A model generated the notes under the pieces. It saw nothing but the letters and a program-made list of their open reading frames with translations, searched no databases and was not told the DNA's origin. DNA of 24,074 nt, taken from the NCBI GenBank assembly GCA_041690295.1, contig JAWLHR010000027.1, positions 1-24,074 of the forward strand. The letters are read 5' to 3'. This stretch comes from Bdellovibrionales bacterium (lineage in GTDB: Bacteria > Bdellovibrionota > Bdellovibrionia > Bdellovibrionales > UBA1609). This document shows, piece by piece, positions 1 through 9,302 of this stretch; the stretch's first letter is position 1, and every line of letters begins with the position of its first letter. The translations under genes and the position numbers were made by a program.

Positions 1-2
1 GC

Positions 3-248
3 AAAAACCATGAGAGCCGAATATACGATCGATTGCGCGACTCACTTGGCCAGGAAACTTTTTGTTGCACCGGGGCGGGTCCATATACGGGCACAGTTCA
101 TACTCCCCAGCGAGAAGGCGCTATTCATGTTCCGGTCCGGCATGTGACCAGGATTAAAGACGATCGCGGGGCATGGTTCATTGATTTCTATTGCCGTCCA
201 AAACTGTGTAAACCAAGTGAATTGAGAAAAACCGCTTGGTACACATGA
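3..248 (+). CDS. Possible 3' end of a hypothetical gene entering from the left edge
   Basis: Frame 3 is open from base 3 (KNHESRIYDRLRDSLG...) to TGA at 246-248; no recognisable motif. Confidence 0.35.
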   Translation, partial: KNHESRIYDRLRDSLGQETFCCTGAGPYTGTVHTPQREGAIHVPVRHVTRIKDDRGAWFIDFYCRPKLCKPSELRKTAWYT

Positions 249-345
249 ATTGATAAAGTTCGCGTGGTCCACAATTGCCCCATGGGCGAATTAAAGCTTG
301 GCTTATCTCTTGCTTCCACAGCACGCAGGCAAGGAGATAATGTTC

Positions 346-918
346 ATGTTCAAAAAGATATTAATTGGATTCAGTGCGATTTATGTGAGTGCGGCCGTCG
401 CGCAATTGGAGGTGCTACCCGAGGCGCCACCCGAGAAACAACCTGAGATGCGACCGGAGAGACCGCCGGGAGTGCAACAGGAGCTGGAAGGGACTCCGTT
501 TGAGCAAGCGCGGTGCAGGTGGATGGGGGCGAATGGAACTAAATTCGTTCACGTTCATGAAGGTCCCAAAAATCCCGGTTTTGAGGTCGAGAATGAACGT
601 GATTGTGGGCACCAGATCCGCGCCCTCTTGGTCTTCATTCATGGCCGCTTCACCCAATTTCCCAATTTCGACGGTGTGGTTGAGTTTCGCCGCCCAGACG
701 GACAAACGGCGATTTGCCGAACCCAAACCCGCGCGCTTCCCGAACGGGATGACGATCCCGCCATTCGTCAGTTTGTCATCGACTCTAAAAATCGCACGGC
801 CTCGCTTGAGCAACTCAGAACGCTGGTCGATCTGTTGGACCGATACATCAGCCTTGATTGCTCAAACGGTAAAGAGATCAATGCCGCAGTCTCTCTTCAC
901 AATCCATCGCCATCATAA
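346..918 (+). CDS. Secreted hypothetical protein
   Basis: AAGGAG at 331-336 precedes in-frame ATGs at 340 and 346. Signal-like N-terminus MFKKILIGFSAIYVSAAVA, then a Pro/Glu-rich linker and four Cys. The 3' end overlaps the convergent peptidase gene by 41 bp. Confidence 0.7.
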   Translation: MFKKILIGFSAIYVSAAVAQLEVLPEAPPEKQPEMRPERPPGVQQELEGTPFEQARCRWMGANGTKFVHVHEGPKNPGFEVENERDCGHQIRALLVFIHGRFTQFPNFDGVVEFRRPDGQTAICRTQTRALPERDDDPAIRQFVIDSKNRTASLEQLRTLVDLLDRYISLDCSNGKEINAAVSLHNPSPS

Positions 919-2866
919 GGTCATTCAATTCCCTGATGACGGCTCGAGGATCGAATTTCTTTCCGGTGATCTTTTCGATGTTCACCGGGAAGGGATCCTT
1001 GCGACCCGCTTCATACAACTCTTCGGTTAAAAGCTTCGCGAGCAGCGGCTGATTATAAAAAGTCCTTCGCCCGGTCAGTTGTTCGAGCCGGTCAAGGAAA
1101 TGTTTGGCGATCATGCGGGACGCGATTTCCGCATAGACATAGCCGATGTTTCTCACTTCGCCGCTGGTGTAATGGGGCGTGGCCACATAGGTGTAGTAAG
1201 TCGGCACCGAGGACTCAACCGAAGGCGGAAATCCCGCTTGCCGTTCGATTTCCGCTGAGAGTTCCTTCACTCTTTCCATATAGGTCTTCGCGCCCGGAGC
1301 GGAGTAATCGTAATTCCACAGGCGAAGGTCATAAAGTGAAGACGAAACCATATGGGCCATTGTGAACACATCGGCCAATTCGTCGTTTTTCACTTTCTCC
1401 TGAATGGATTCCAGGGTGGGGCGGGGTTCGCCGTCAACGGGAATAAGTTTGTGCCATAAAACAAGGGGATCCGAGGCGATGCGTTCAGCCGACATCGAAG
1501 GCACTTCAATGTAGCCGTTGCTCACGTCGGTCATTTCGTGGTGGAAGTTCAACAAGGCCTCAAGCGCATGGCCGCCCTCGTGGAAGTTGGTCGTGAGGTC
1601 GCCAACACCGCCGCTGTAATTTTGAAGAATGTAAATCAGACCCGGTTTATAAGCCGGCGAATCCTTCGGCTCGATGATGTAATCCAACGTTCGCGCATCG
1701 ATTCGTGTGACTCCGGTTTCCGGAGTCTGCACCGGCGCCATGTAGGCCGATGTGGCGTTTTTGTTCGCGCGATACTGATCATCCACGATGATCTGGCGCA
1801 GAGTTTGGGGGTTGAAACCCGATTCAATCAAAACTTCTTCCCAAATGTCGGTGATCTTTTCCGGCGGGAAATAAACCTGCAATTGTCCGAGGGCCGGGGG
1901 AATCAATAAGGCCACATGTTCCAGACGGATTTCGTCTTTACGCTCGGAAAGGCCCAGTCTTTTCAACGAGTGGTCGATGAAGGATTCCAACATCGGTTTT
2001 AATCCGGTCATCAGTTCCACGAGTATGCGCTCTTGATTTTCGACGCCGCGGAAAGCTTCGGTGTAACCTTGCCCGTTCGCTTCCAGTTTATAGGCGGCCC
2101 AGGTGGGAAATCCTCGTTTCTTGGCCAGCTCGCTTCGAAGGATCGCGGCTCGGTTCAGATTATCTCCCGTGGCTTGCACGGCTTCATAACCGATGAAGTG
2201 GGGACCCGCTGTTGAAACCAATTCGTTGGTTCGCTTAAACGCCTCATCGAACGAAATCAGCCCGTCTTTGAATTCGCGCCGGAGTGTTTGCAGCTTTTGC
2301 CGAAATTCTTTTTGGCGGGCAGCGGACGGCGCTCTCGCACGGGCAAGATCCATCTCATTGCCCAGGCGGTCCACCATGGCCACTTGCTCCTTCATGTCTT
2401 CCGGGAAAACGGTTAAGTCGCGATTGCGGGCCATCCGCCGTGCATCGCGCACCAATTGCCCGTCCAGCCCCTCGGCAAGTCGCGCCCATTCACGAAGTGT
2501 ATTTGTCCATTCGGAATCCACGCTCCATTTGGCCCATTCGGATGATAAGGCACTCAGGTCCGCGGTCAATTTCGCCAGTTCTTCATCATTCTCATAAGAT
2601 CCCGAATCGGTGATCAACATGAAGGCGTAATAACGAAGAGACAAATTCTCCAACTCAACCAGTTTGGGATGAACATTCGTTAAATAAAAATCCACGAACG
2701 CTTTTTTCGCGGGGGAATCGAATTCGCCGATCACTTCCACTCGGGACGGCGGTTTCTGGGTTAATTCCATCAAAAGCGCCCGCACCAAATTTTTTTCGTA
2801 ACGCTGAACTTGGGCTTCGCTGCGAATTGAAAAAACCAAACTTAGAACGATTAAGAGCGTGCGCAT
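878..2866 (-). CDS. Secreted M3-family (oligopeptidase-like) zinc metallopeptidase
   Basis: HEGGH (HExxH) motif, downstream third-ligand motif YIEVPSMSAE, 'LAKKRGFPTWAAY' and 'YVYAE' segments typical of M3, and an N-terminal signal peptide. Confidence 0.85.
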   Translation of the reverse strand: MRTLLIVLSLVFSIRSEAQVQRYEKNLVRALLMELTQKPPSRVEVIGEFDSPAKKAFVDFYLTNVHPKLVELENLSLRYYAFMLITDSGSYENDEELAKLTADLSALSSEWAKWSVDSEWTNTLREWARLAEGLDGQLVRDARRMARNRDLTVFPEDMKEQVAMVDRLGNEMDLARARAPSAARQKEFRQKLQTLRREFKDGLISFDEAFKRTNELVSTAGPHFIGYEAVQATGDNLNRAAILRSELAKKRGFPTWAAYKLEANGQGYTEAFRGVENQERILVELMTGLKPMLESFIDHSLKRLGLSERKDEIRLEHVALLIPPALGQLQVYFPPEKITDIWEEVLIESGFNPQTLRQIIVDDQYRANKNATSAYMAPVQTPETGVTRIDARTLDYIIEPKDSPAYKPGLIYILQNYSGGVGDLTTNFHEGGHALEALLNFHHEMTDVSNGYIEVPSMSAERIASDPLVLWHKLIPVDGEPRPTLESIQEKVKNDELADVFTMAHMVSSSLYDLRLWNYDYSAPGAKTYMERVKELSAEIERQAGFPPSVESSVPTYYTYVATPHYTSGEVRNIGYVYAEIASRMIAKHFLDRLEQLTGRRTFYNQPLLAKLLTEELYEAGRKDPFPVNIEKITGKKFDPRAVIRELNDLMMAMDCEERLRH

Positions 2867-2942
2867 AGGCTTCCCCTTGATGACTATTGCGCAACGTATT
2901 ACAGCCCTCTAGGGACAGGTACTGAAGATATTTCACAAGATT

Positions 2943-3842
2943 TTATTTAGTGGGCGTGATCTGGACCGACCAGGTTGGCCCTGAACCGATCTTGTACTTA
3001 CGGGCGAAGTTCCCCTGATTGATCGCGACCGAGAGGTTAAGAAGGCTATTGAAGTAGACCAGAGGCGCGCCCACCTTGACTCCGGCGAAAGTGTCCACCA
3101 GGGGCAGGGTCTGATTAAAGATCAGTTTGCCGTCGTGTTCGATTCGAACCCGAAACCGGCGCGCTTCACGAAAATGGTTAAGCACCAAGGAACGGGGAAT
3201 ATTGGTCCATACATTTCCGAAGGCGGGATCCAATACGGTGATCGTGCCCTTAATCGAGTTATCAACGAATCGGGGCGGTTGGTATTCCAGGCGAACCATG
3301 TCTTCGGCCCGAAGCGGTTCACCCAGTCTGGCGACTTTTAACTTCCCCGCGGCGATTTGGGCGCCCACATAACTGTATAAGTCCCGGCCATGAAAGGTGT
3401 AGGAGTCCTCGCTTCCGCGCCGACGATAGGCGTTTTCATCAATGACCCGGACTTCAGCCCAGCCTACGTCATCGCCGATCAAGGAGAAGAGTCCATTGTC
3501 GGGGCCCACGAAAACGTGGCCGGACCGCGACCGAGCCACAAGCGATTTTCGCACGGAACCGACTCCGGGATCGATGACCGCGACGAACACCGTCCCGGCC
3601 GGCCAATATTTGTAGGTTTGCTGAAGGCGATAGGCCGCTTCCCAGATGTCAAATGGCGTGACTTCATGGATGAGATCGGTGATCGACAGTCGCGGATCCA
3701 CGCTGATCGCCACACCTTTCATGGCCGCCACGGCTCCGTCGCGCGTTCCGAAATCCGTTAACAACACGAGGGGGGTCGGCCGCGTTAAACTCGCGCAACC
3801 GGAGAGCAAAAGACAAAACAAAAGGCCGATTTTACATCTCAT
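2943..3842 (-). CDS. SAM hydroxide adenosyltransferase (DUF62 / SAM hydrolase-halogenase family), predicted lipoprotein
   Basis: Motifs LTDFG, IDPGVGSxR, GPDNG, TFHGRD and FGNVWTNI. ATG at 3842 gives MRCKIGLLFCLLLSG-C, a lipobox. Confidence 0.9.
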   Translation of the reverse strand: MRCKIGLLFCLLLSGCASLTRPTPLVLLTDFGTRDGAVAAMKGVAISVDPRLSITDLIHEVTPFDIWEAAYRLQQTYKYWPAGTVFVAVIDPGVGSVRKSLVARSRSGHVFVGPDNGLFSLIGDDVGWAEVRVIDENAYRRRGSEDSYTFHGRDLYSYVGAQIAAGKLKVARLGEPLRAEDMVRLEYQPPRFVDNSIKGTITVLDPAFGNVWTNIPRSLVLNHFREARRFRVRIEHDGKLIFNQTLPLVDTFAGVKVGAPLVYFNSLLNLSVAINQGNFARKYKIGSGPTWSVQITPTK

Positions 3843-4036
3843 CACTGTTACCTGGGAGACCGGGATTTCCAATTTTCCTGGGCCGGAAACTCCGTATCAA
3901 TGCCCGACGATCGCCACAATTTCCGTGACCAACGTCCAGATTGTGCATTTTCACTCTGTGGCTCGACGCACGTCAAATGCGTATTTCCGCTACAATTTCC
4001 TAAAGGCACGAAAACATCATCCGAAGGGTAGCTACT

Positions 4037-4816
4037 ATGAAAACAACATTTGTCCTACCTCTTTTGGTCGTTTTTATCACCGCATGTGGAACGAGCGCTC
4101 CGCCGGTGGCTTTTCAACCTGTGCAACCGGATCCTGAGTTGCACGATTATTTGGCATCGGTTCTGGGGGCGTCGAACGAACCGATCAACTTGTATCAAGC
4201 CATAGTGGCGCAAGGTGTTCCCTCACGCGTGGCTCAAGCCGCGTTTGAAAAGTACGATCAGTTCGAACCGTGGGTGCGTAACAAAACCTACATCTCGATG
4301 ATCGACTTCACCCAACACTCGGGCAATCTGCGCTTTTACCAGGTTCACCGTGCAACCGGACGGGTGAGCGCCTGGGCGGTGGCTCACGGCGAAGGATCCG
4401 ATCCCGACAACGACGGCTTCGCCCAGTACTTCTCGAACATTCCGAATTCTCATATGAGCTCGCTCGGCTCCTACCTGATACAGGAAAAATATGTGGGCAA
4501 GTACGGTGAGTCGTTGCGGCTGGACGGTTTGGAGGAAACCAACGACAACGCCCGGGCCCGCGCGATCGTGCTTCATCCTTCCAACTATGTGAAAGACACG
4601 AGACCAAAACAGGGAAGAAGCTGGGGATGCCCCGCCATTCCTTACAAATGGATTCAAACGGTGATCTCTCGCTCACAGGATGGTTCGTTCCTTTATGCCT
4701 ATGGCATAAACCGGCGCAACACTTTGGGTGATGCGGACATCCTCAAGCAGTGGGAGCTGATTCCGAAATCGCTGTGGGTCGACGAATCCGAAGCCGCACC
4801 TGTTGACGGCGAATAA
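4037..4816 (+). CDS. Murein L,D-transpeptidase catalytic-domain (YkuD_2-like) lipoprotein
   Basis: Lipobox ITA-C; family motifs IDF, VAHGxGS, FSNxxxSxxSSLG, LRLDGLE, RAIVLH and GRSWGCPA (catalytic His and Cys). Confidence 0.9.
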   Translation: MKTTFVLPLLVVFITACGTSAPPVAFQPVQPDPELHDYLASVLGASNEPINLYQAIVAQGVPSRVAQAAFEKYDQFEPWVRNKTYISMIDFTQHSGNLRFYQVHRATGRVSAWAVAHGEGSDPDNDGFAQYFSNIPNSHMSSLGSYLIQEKYVGKYGESLRLDGLEETNDNARARAIVLHPSNYVKDTRPKQGRSWGCPAIPYKWIQTVISRSQDGSFLYAYGINRRNTLGDADILKQWELIPKSLWVDESEAAPVDGE

Positions 4817-4818
4817 TA

Positions 4819-5709
4819 CTAGCGCGCGCGGCGGTTGGCGGCTTGGGCCGCCTGCTGCAAAAAGTTAAGCATGCGGTAAGAATCACTCAGACGGCCGACC
4901 GTAATCGTGGCTTCAGGTTGGCCCTTCTCATCTTTCCTCAGGGTTGAAGCGACATCCACGCGGACCGTATCGCCGTCTTTTTTCATCATCACCACGTTCA
5001 CGATGGGATGAAAACCGAGTTTTCGGACGGTTTCGAGCCCTTCCATCGCTCGGCGGTAATTCTCCGGCGGATAGAGTTGGCGTAAGGTTTTTCCAATCAA
5101 CTCTCCCTCTTCGTAGCCAAGAACGAAGTGGATCATCTTGTTCGCGGCGATAATTTTTCCTTCCATGTCCACCGAATGCATGAGGTAGGGCGACTCATGG
5201 AACATCTGTTGGTAATCGGATAGAAGCCGACGGGTGTCGTGCAATTCCTTAAGGATGGATTCAATTTGCCGCTGCACGATCGAATCCAAAACCTGTTCGG
5301 ATTTATTTTTTATACCGGCCATGTAGAGAAGAAGGTCCTTGGGACTGACCGCGCCGGTCAGTTTGCCCTCCAAGAGCGCATAGATCCGGTGATTGGGCGA
5401 TTGGATCATCAATCTGAAAGCGGACACGATGGAATCGTCCTCATGAACGGTCACGACCGGATCCAGCTCGCTCGCCACGTCCGCGAGTGTTTTAATCGAC
5501 GGTTCCTGCCGCGATCGCAGGAGAGCGCGCAATAGCTGAAAGTCCGTAAGAACCCCGATCACCTCGCCGTCTTTGCCGACGACGGGCACGGTGGTGAGTT
5601 TGTGTGAAGTCATTAATTGGGCCGCTTCCGTCAGCGACATGTCGCTCGCGCAAGTTAAAAGGACCTGACTCATGAATTGTCGTACCGTGGGATGCTGTGG
5701 CTTCGTCAT
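4819..5709 (-). CDS. CBS-pair plus PAS domain protein
   Basis: True start is likely ATG 5709 (GAGG upstream; the longer track ORF overlaps the permease). Two CBS repeats (VPVV..GEVIGVLT; GKLTGAVSPKD), a helical linker, then PAS (MHSVDMEGKIIAAN...GYEEGELIGK...KKDG). Confidence 0.85.
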   Translation of the reverse strand: MTKPQHPTVRQFMSQVLLTCASDMSLTEAAQLMTSHKLTTVPVVGKDGEVIGVLTDFQLLRALLRSRQEPSIKTLADVASELDPVVTVHEDDSIVSAFRLMIQSPNHRIYALLEGKLTGAVSPKDLLLYMAGIKNKSEQVLDSIVQRQIESILKELHDTRRLLSDYQQMFHESPYLMHSVDMEGKIIAANKMIHFVLGYEEGELIGKTLRQLYPPENYRRAMEGLETVRKLGFHPIVNVVMMKKDGDTVRVDVASTLRKDEKGQPEATITVGRLSDSYRMLNFLQQAAQAANRRAR

Positions 5710-5725
5710 AGGTGGCCTCTTTTCG

Positions 5726-6496
5726 TTAAGATAACAGTTTACGCTTAAGCTGCGAATAAGCAATGACCGCCAAGACCGCCGAGTACACGACAAGGACACT
5801 CCCGTGAAACGACATGGTTCGCGCGATATTCTGATCCCAAAACAAGGACTGGGCCAACTGAACCCCATGGTAAAGGGGGAGCGCCTTGGCCACCCATTGA
5901 GCCACCACCGGCATCTGTTCAACCGGAAAGAAAATGCCGGAGAAGAAGTAACTCGGTCCGATCAGAAAGGCGTAATACGATTGGAATTGATTGATGTTTT
6001 TCACCCAGCACGAGGCGAGCAGTCCGATCGCGCCCAGAGGAAAGGCGATCAGCATACCCACGATCGGCACCAGAAATAAGTAGTACGGGTTGGCGAATAA
6101 ACCGAAGACAACCAGAAAAAGAGTCACTCCGGTCATCATCAGGGCGCCTTTTAAAGAGACCCAAAGGAATTCACCGATGATGATTTCGCCCACGCCGATG
6201 GGTGTGGTGAGCATGGCTTTGATGATGTTTTCAAAGGTCATGCGCACGTAAAAATTGTAGCTGGTTTCGAAAAAGGCGGTGAACATCGCGGTCGAGACCG
6301 CGAGGCCCGGCGCGATGAATTGAACGTACGAGCGTCCTTCGATCTCCGCCACGAAAGCGCCAAGCCCGAGTCCCAGGGAAAGCAGCATCCATCCCGGTTC
6401 GATCACGGTGGGTGAAACATTGGCGATGAAATCTTTGCGGTAAACCCACCAATTGCGCCGGACGATGTGCCAGCTTAATCGTAGCGTCTCAAGCAT
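5726..6496 (-). CDS. ABC-2 type exporter permease (NodJ-like)
   Basis: About six hydrophobic segments; motifs YVQFIAPGL, MLTTPI, FFSGIFFP and LPLYH; start overlaps the ATPase stop. Confidence 0.9.
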   Translation of the reverse strand: MLETLRLSWHIVRRNWWVYRKDFIANVSPTVIEPGWMLLSLGLGLGAFVAEIEGRSYVQFIAPGLAVSTAMFTAFFETSYNFYVRMTFENIIKAMLTTPIGVGEIIIGEFLWVSLKGALMMTGVTLFLVVFGLFANPYYLFLVPIVGMLIAFPLGAIGLLASCWVKNINQFQSYYAFLIGPSYFFSGIFFPVEQMPVVAQWVAKALPLYHGVQLAQSLFWDQNIARTMSFHGSVLVVYSAVLAVIAYSQLKRKLLS

Positions 6497-7415
6497 CGGC
6501 GGTCAGCTCCTGTCCAGTGAGTTTCAAGAACACGTCTTCGAGATGGGACGGGCGCAACTGCAACGCGGGAATTTTAACTTCGGATTGAAAATCGATAAGC
6601 TGGTTGAGATGCGGAGCGCGGACGTAAACGCCGGAGCTGTCCTCGGTGAACTGAAACTGATGGCGCATGGCCGCTTGCTGGATCTGATCGGCCCGCCCGT
6701 TTTTGTGGAATACGGCCACGAATCCGGGCGTGTGCATCTCGCGCAAACCTTGCGGCGTTCCCTCGGCGATCACTTTGCCTTCGTTCATAATCGCCAGCCG
6801 GTCGCATAAAACTTCAGCTTCGTGCATGTAATGCGTGGTCAACAAGATGGTTTTTCCGCGTTGACGAAGTTCATTCACCTTACCCCAGAGCAGATGACGG
6901 ACGGCCGGATCCAATCCGGTGGTGGGCTCGTCCAAAATAATGAAATCCGGATCCGATAGAAGAGCGCGGACGAAAACCAATCGTCGTTTCATCCCACCTG
7001 ATAATGTGCGAATCGGTTCGTTGGCTTTATGGGCCAGCTGCATGAAATCCAAGAGCTCTTTCACCCGTTGAATACGTTCTTTCTTCGGAACTTCGACAAA
7101 AGCCGCGTAAATCGACATGTTTTCGATGACGGTCAAGCTTTCATCGAGGGCGTTGTCTTGGGTGACCACGCCCAGCCGGCGCTTGATTTGGCGGCTTGAG
7201 GTCGTGGGGTCCAATCCGAAAATGGTGAGTTCGCCCGCGCCGCGCAGAACCACGCCGTAGATCATGTTGATTAAGGTGGATTTACCGGCTCCGTTCGGGC
7301 CCAAAAGGCCGAAGCATTCGCCCTCGCGGATTTGCAAGGAGACGCCGTTGACGGCGGGAAACTCGCCAAAAAATTTCTTCACATCCTGGGCATGGACCAG
7401 AACCGTTGAATTCAT
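6489..7415 (-). CDS. ABC exporter ATP-binding subunit (NodI/DrrA-like)
   Basis: Walker A GPNGAGKS, signature LSGGMKRR, Walker B ILDEPTTGLD, TTHYM and C-terminal LEDVFLKLTG. Start is ATG 7415 or the upstream 7451. Confidence 0.95.
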   Translation of the reverse strand: MNSTVLVHAQDVKKFFGEFPAVNGVSLQIREGECFGLLGPNGAGKSTLINMIYGVVLRGAGELTIFGLDPTTSSRQIKRRLGVVTQDNALDESLTVIENMSIYAAFVEVPKKERIQRVKELLDFMQLAHKANEPIRTLSGGMKRRLVFVRALLSDPDFIILDEPTTGLDPAVRHLLWGKVNELRQRGKTILLTTHYMHEAEVLCDRLAIMNEGKVIAEGTPQGLREMHTPGFVAVFHKNGRADQIQQAAMRHQFQFTEDSSGVYVRAPHLNQLIDFQSEVKIPALQLRPSHLEDVFLKLTGQELTADA

Positions 7416-7601
7416 TCGGGGAAAAATATACCGAAAGCGACTATCACTCAACTAACATCCGTCTACCTTTTCGACGCTCATTCGAAAGCCAGATGGAAGA
7501 GATTTGGCCCTAAGCATGCAAAACCAGTCTTTTGGTCCCTAGGATCTTTGTTGGGCTGCCGCTAAAATTAAAAGGGATTTTCCACGGGAGGATAAGCAAG
7601 C

Positions 7602-9302
7602 ATGCGCCGACTTCTTTTTCTGATGTTGTTGACCCTCTTCTGCAGCTCCACACTCGCGAAGTCCATGAACCGGTTCGAGGGACGGTTGCTCACCTACCAG
7701 CAATTGGCCAAATTACCCCCGAACAAACGCATGGCCTACTTAAAGGAAGTTCGAAGTCTTATTGAATACATGGAAAAAAAGCAACGGGGCATCGAAACTG
7801 CCGGTCTTCAAAATTTAAAGGACCAGGTCGCGAGCTACATCAGAGAATTGGAAGTCATGCCCGCCGCCTACGCTTACACCCCGCCACTGCCCATTGTCCC
7901 CTCATTTAACAAGTCCACTGGACGCTGGGAATGTCGTGGAAAAAATGTAGAATTCAATCCGGAGCTTGGAACCTGCGCGTTCACCAAACCGCAAGAGAGC
8001 TCTTCCCATGATCAGTTTGTCTTCAGCCCGAATGATCGCGCGCCGCTGGACTCCACGACTTTAGTGCTTCCCGGTCGCAGCGACGGCGCTCGACACTACA
8101 TTCCCTTCGACAGTTGGATGGCGCTCTCGGAATATCGTCGTGAAGAACTTTTATCGGGAATCCGACTACCGAAAGATTGGTTTGATCGTCAGGCCCCGGA
8201 ACGCCGGGTCCACTATGTATTGGGAAGCGGGGATTATAACATTGATGGGACCCGCAAACCGTTTACAGTGAACGCCGGTGCGGCCCCGTCGGCTCCGGCC
8301 GTGTCGAGTTCTCCGTCTTCGTCTCCATCGACCCCGGTGCCGACCTCCTCTTCGGGAAGTGTGAGTTCAAGTGTGTCGCCTCAAGCGCAGGTCGGCCCTG
8401 GTGGACAATCCACTAGTGGATCGGAAGCCGCTAAACCTGAAGCGGGCGCGGCACCACAAACCGCTGAGGCCACCCCGGCGCCAACTCCCGCGGCACCCGC
8501 TGAGCCGCCAAAGTCGCCGCTGGCACCGGCCAGCGCTTCAAAACCCCGGTGTGAAATTCCGAAGTTCGCGTGCAGTAATCTTTCCGATAAACGGCGCAAA
8601 GAATTGGAGAACGAATTCCGCCGGGATCGGTCGTCGAATGTTTGTATCGGAGCTGGATTTTTCCAAACCTACCGTACGGCGAATAAGCGCAAAGGGACCT
8701 GCGGCTCACCCACATTGCTGAAAAAGTTCGATATCGGTGGCTATGGTTATCAGTGTAAAAAGGCCAACGAGGCGCTTTGTAACCCCACAGTCTTTTGTCT
8801 GGGTCTGAGGGGAACTCCGGAAACCATCCAAAAAGTCGCCAAGCAAACCAAGCATCCGGCTGAGGTTGTGGAAAAGAACTTCAAAGAAGTCGAAGGACAA
8901 TCCGAGCGCATTTTGCCCACCTTCATGTGTGCTCGTATCAGTCAGAATCTCACCGCCACCTGCGACAAGATGATGCAGCAGTATTTGGATGGTGAATTCG
9001 GCGTGGGCGACATCAAAGGCCCGGGTCTTTATCAAGCTTGTGACCCGCTCAAGGTGAAAGGTTTCAAGGCACAGGATGCCTGGAACGAAATGGCTGAAGG
9101 TTTTTACCGGATGTACAATTCCTGGTGTAAAGGCGAAGAGCGGATTCGCTTCCAAGCGCTTTTCTGTGACGAGTGTAAGATCATCGCCGAGCGTGTCTTC
9201 GCTATGAACCAGAAAGCCATCGGAACGGGATGTGCCGACGCTCCGGTATCTTCACCATCAACCGCTCCGGTCGACGAGACGGAAGCTATTCGCGAGGGCT
9301 AG
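7602..9302 (+). CDS. Large secreted Cys-rich protein with a Pro/Ser/Ala-rich linker
   Basis: 566 aa ORF, GGGAGG RBS, signal peptide, about 90 aa low-complexity linker and 14 Cys in the C-terminal part. Confidence 0.85.
   Translation: MRRLLFLMLLTLFCSSTLAKSMNRFEGRLLTYQQLAKLPPNKRMAYLKEVRSLIEYMEKKQRGIETAGLQNLKDQVASYIRELEVMPAAYAYTPPLPIVPSFNKSTGRWECRGKNVEFNPELGTCAFTKPQESSSHDQFVFSPNDRAPLDSTTLVLPGRSDGARHYIPFDSWMALSEYRREELLSGIRLPKDWFDRQAPERRVHYVLGSGDYNIDGTRKPFTVNAGAAPSAPAVSSSPSSSPSTPVPTSSSGSVSSSVSPQAQVGPGGQSTSGSEAAKPEAGAAPQTAEATPAPTPAAPAEPPKSPLAPASASKPRCEIPKFACSNLSDKRRKELENEFRRDRSSNVCIGAGFFQTYRTANKRKGTCGSPTLLKKFDIGGYGYQCKKANEALCNPTVFCLGLRGTPETIQKVAKQTKHPAEVVEKNFKEVEGQSERILPTFMCARISQNLTATCDKMMQQYLDGEFGVGDIKGPGLYQACDPLKVKGFKAQDAWNEMAEGFYRMYNSWCKGEERIRFQALFCDECKIIAERVFAMNQKAIGTGCADAPVSSPSTAPVDETEAIREG

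Noticed and set aside
389..1030. Long alternative ORFs (389..1030, 11018..11746, 15771..16355, 16515..17144, 19757..20257 and similar)
   Set aside because: Shadow frames over better-supported genes, with no motifs of their own.
2943..3842. Fluorinase or chlorinase
   Set aside because: It retains the Asp-Arg-His hydrolase triad and there is no halometabolite cluster nearby.
5710..5922. N-terminal extension of the 4819..5922 track ORF
   Set aside because: It overlaps the permease in another frame; ATG 5709 has its own RBS and begins the CBS domain.
5726..7415. Nod-factor export (nodIJ) together with the NodB-type deacetylase
   Set aside because: No nodA or nodC, the genes are 8 kb apart, and both families are widespread outside rhizobia.
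8270..8545. DNA repeat in the Pro/Ser/Ala-rich tract
   Set aside because: Explained by a low-complexity protein linker; codons vary and there is no fixed nucleotide period.
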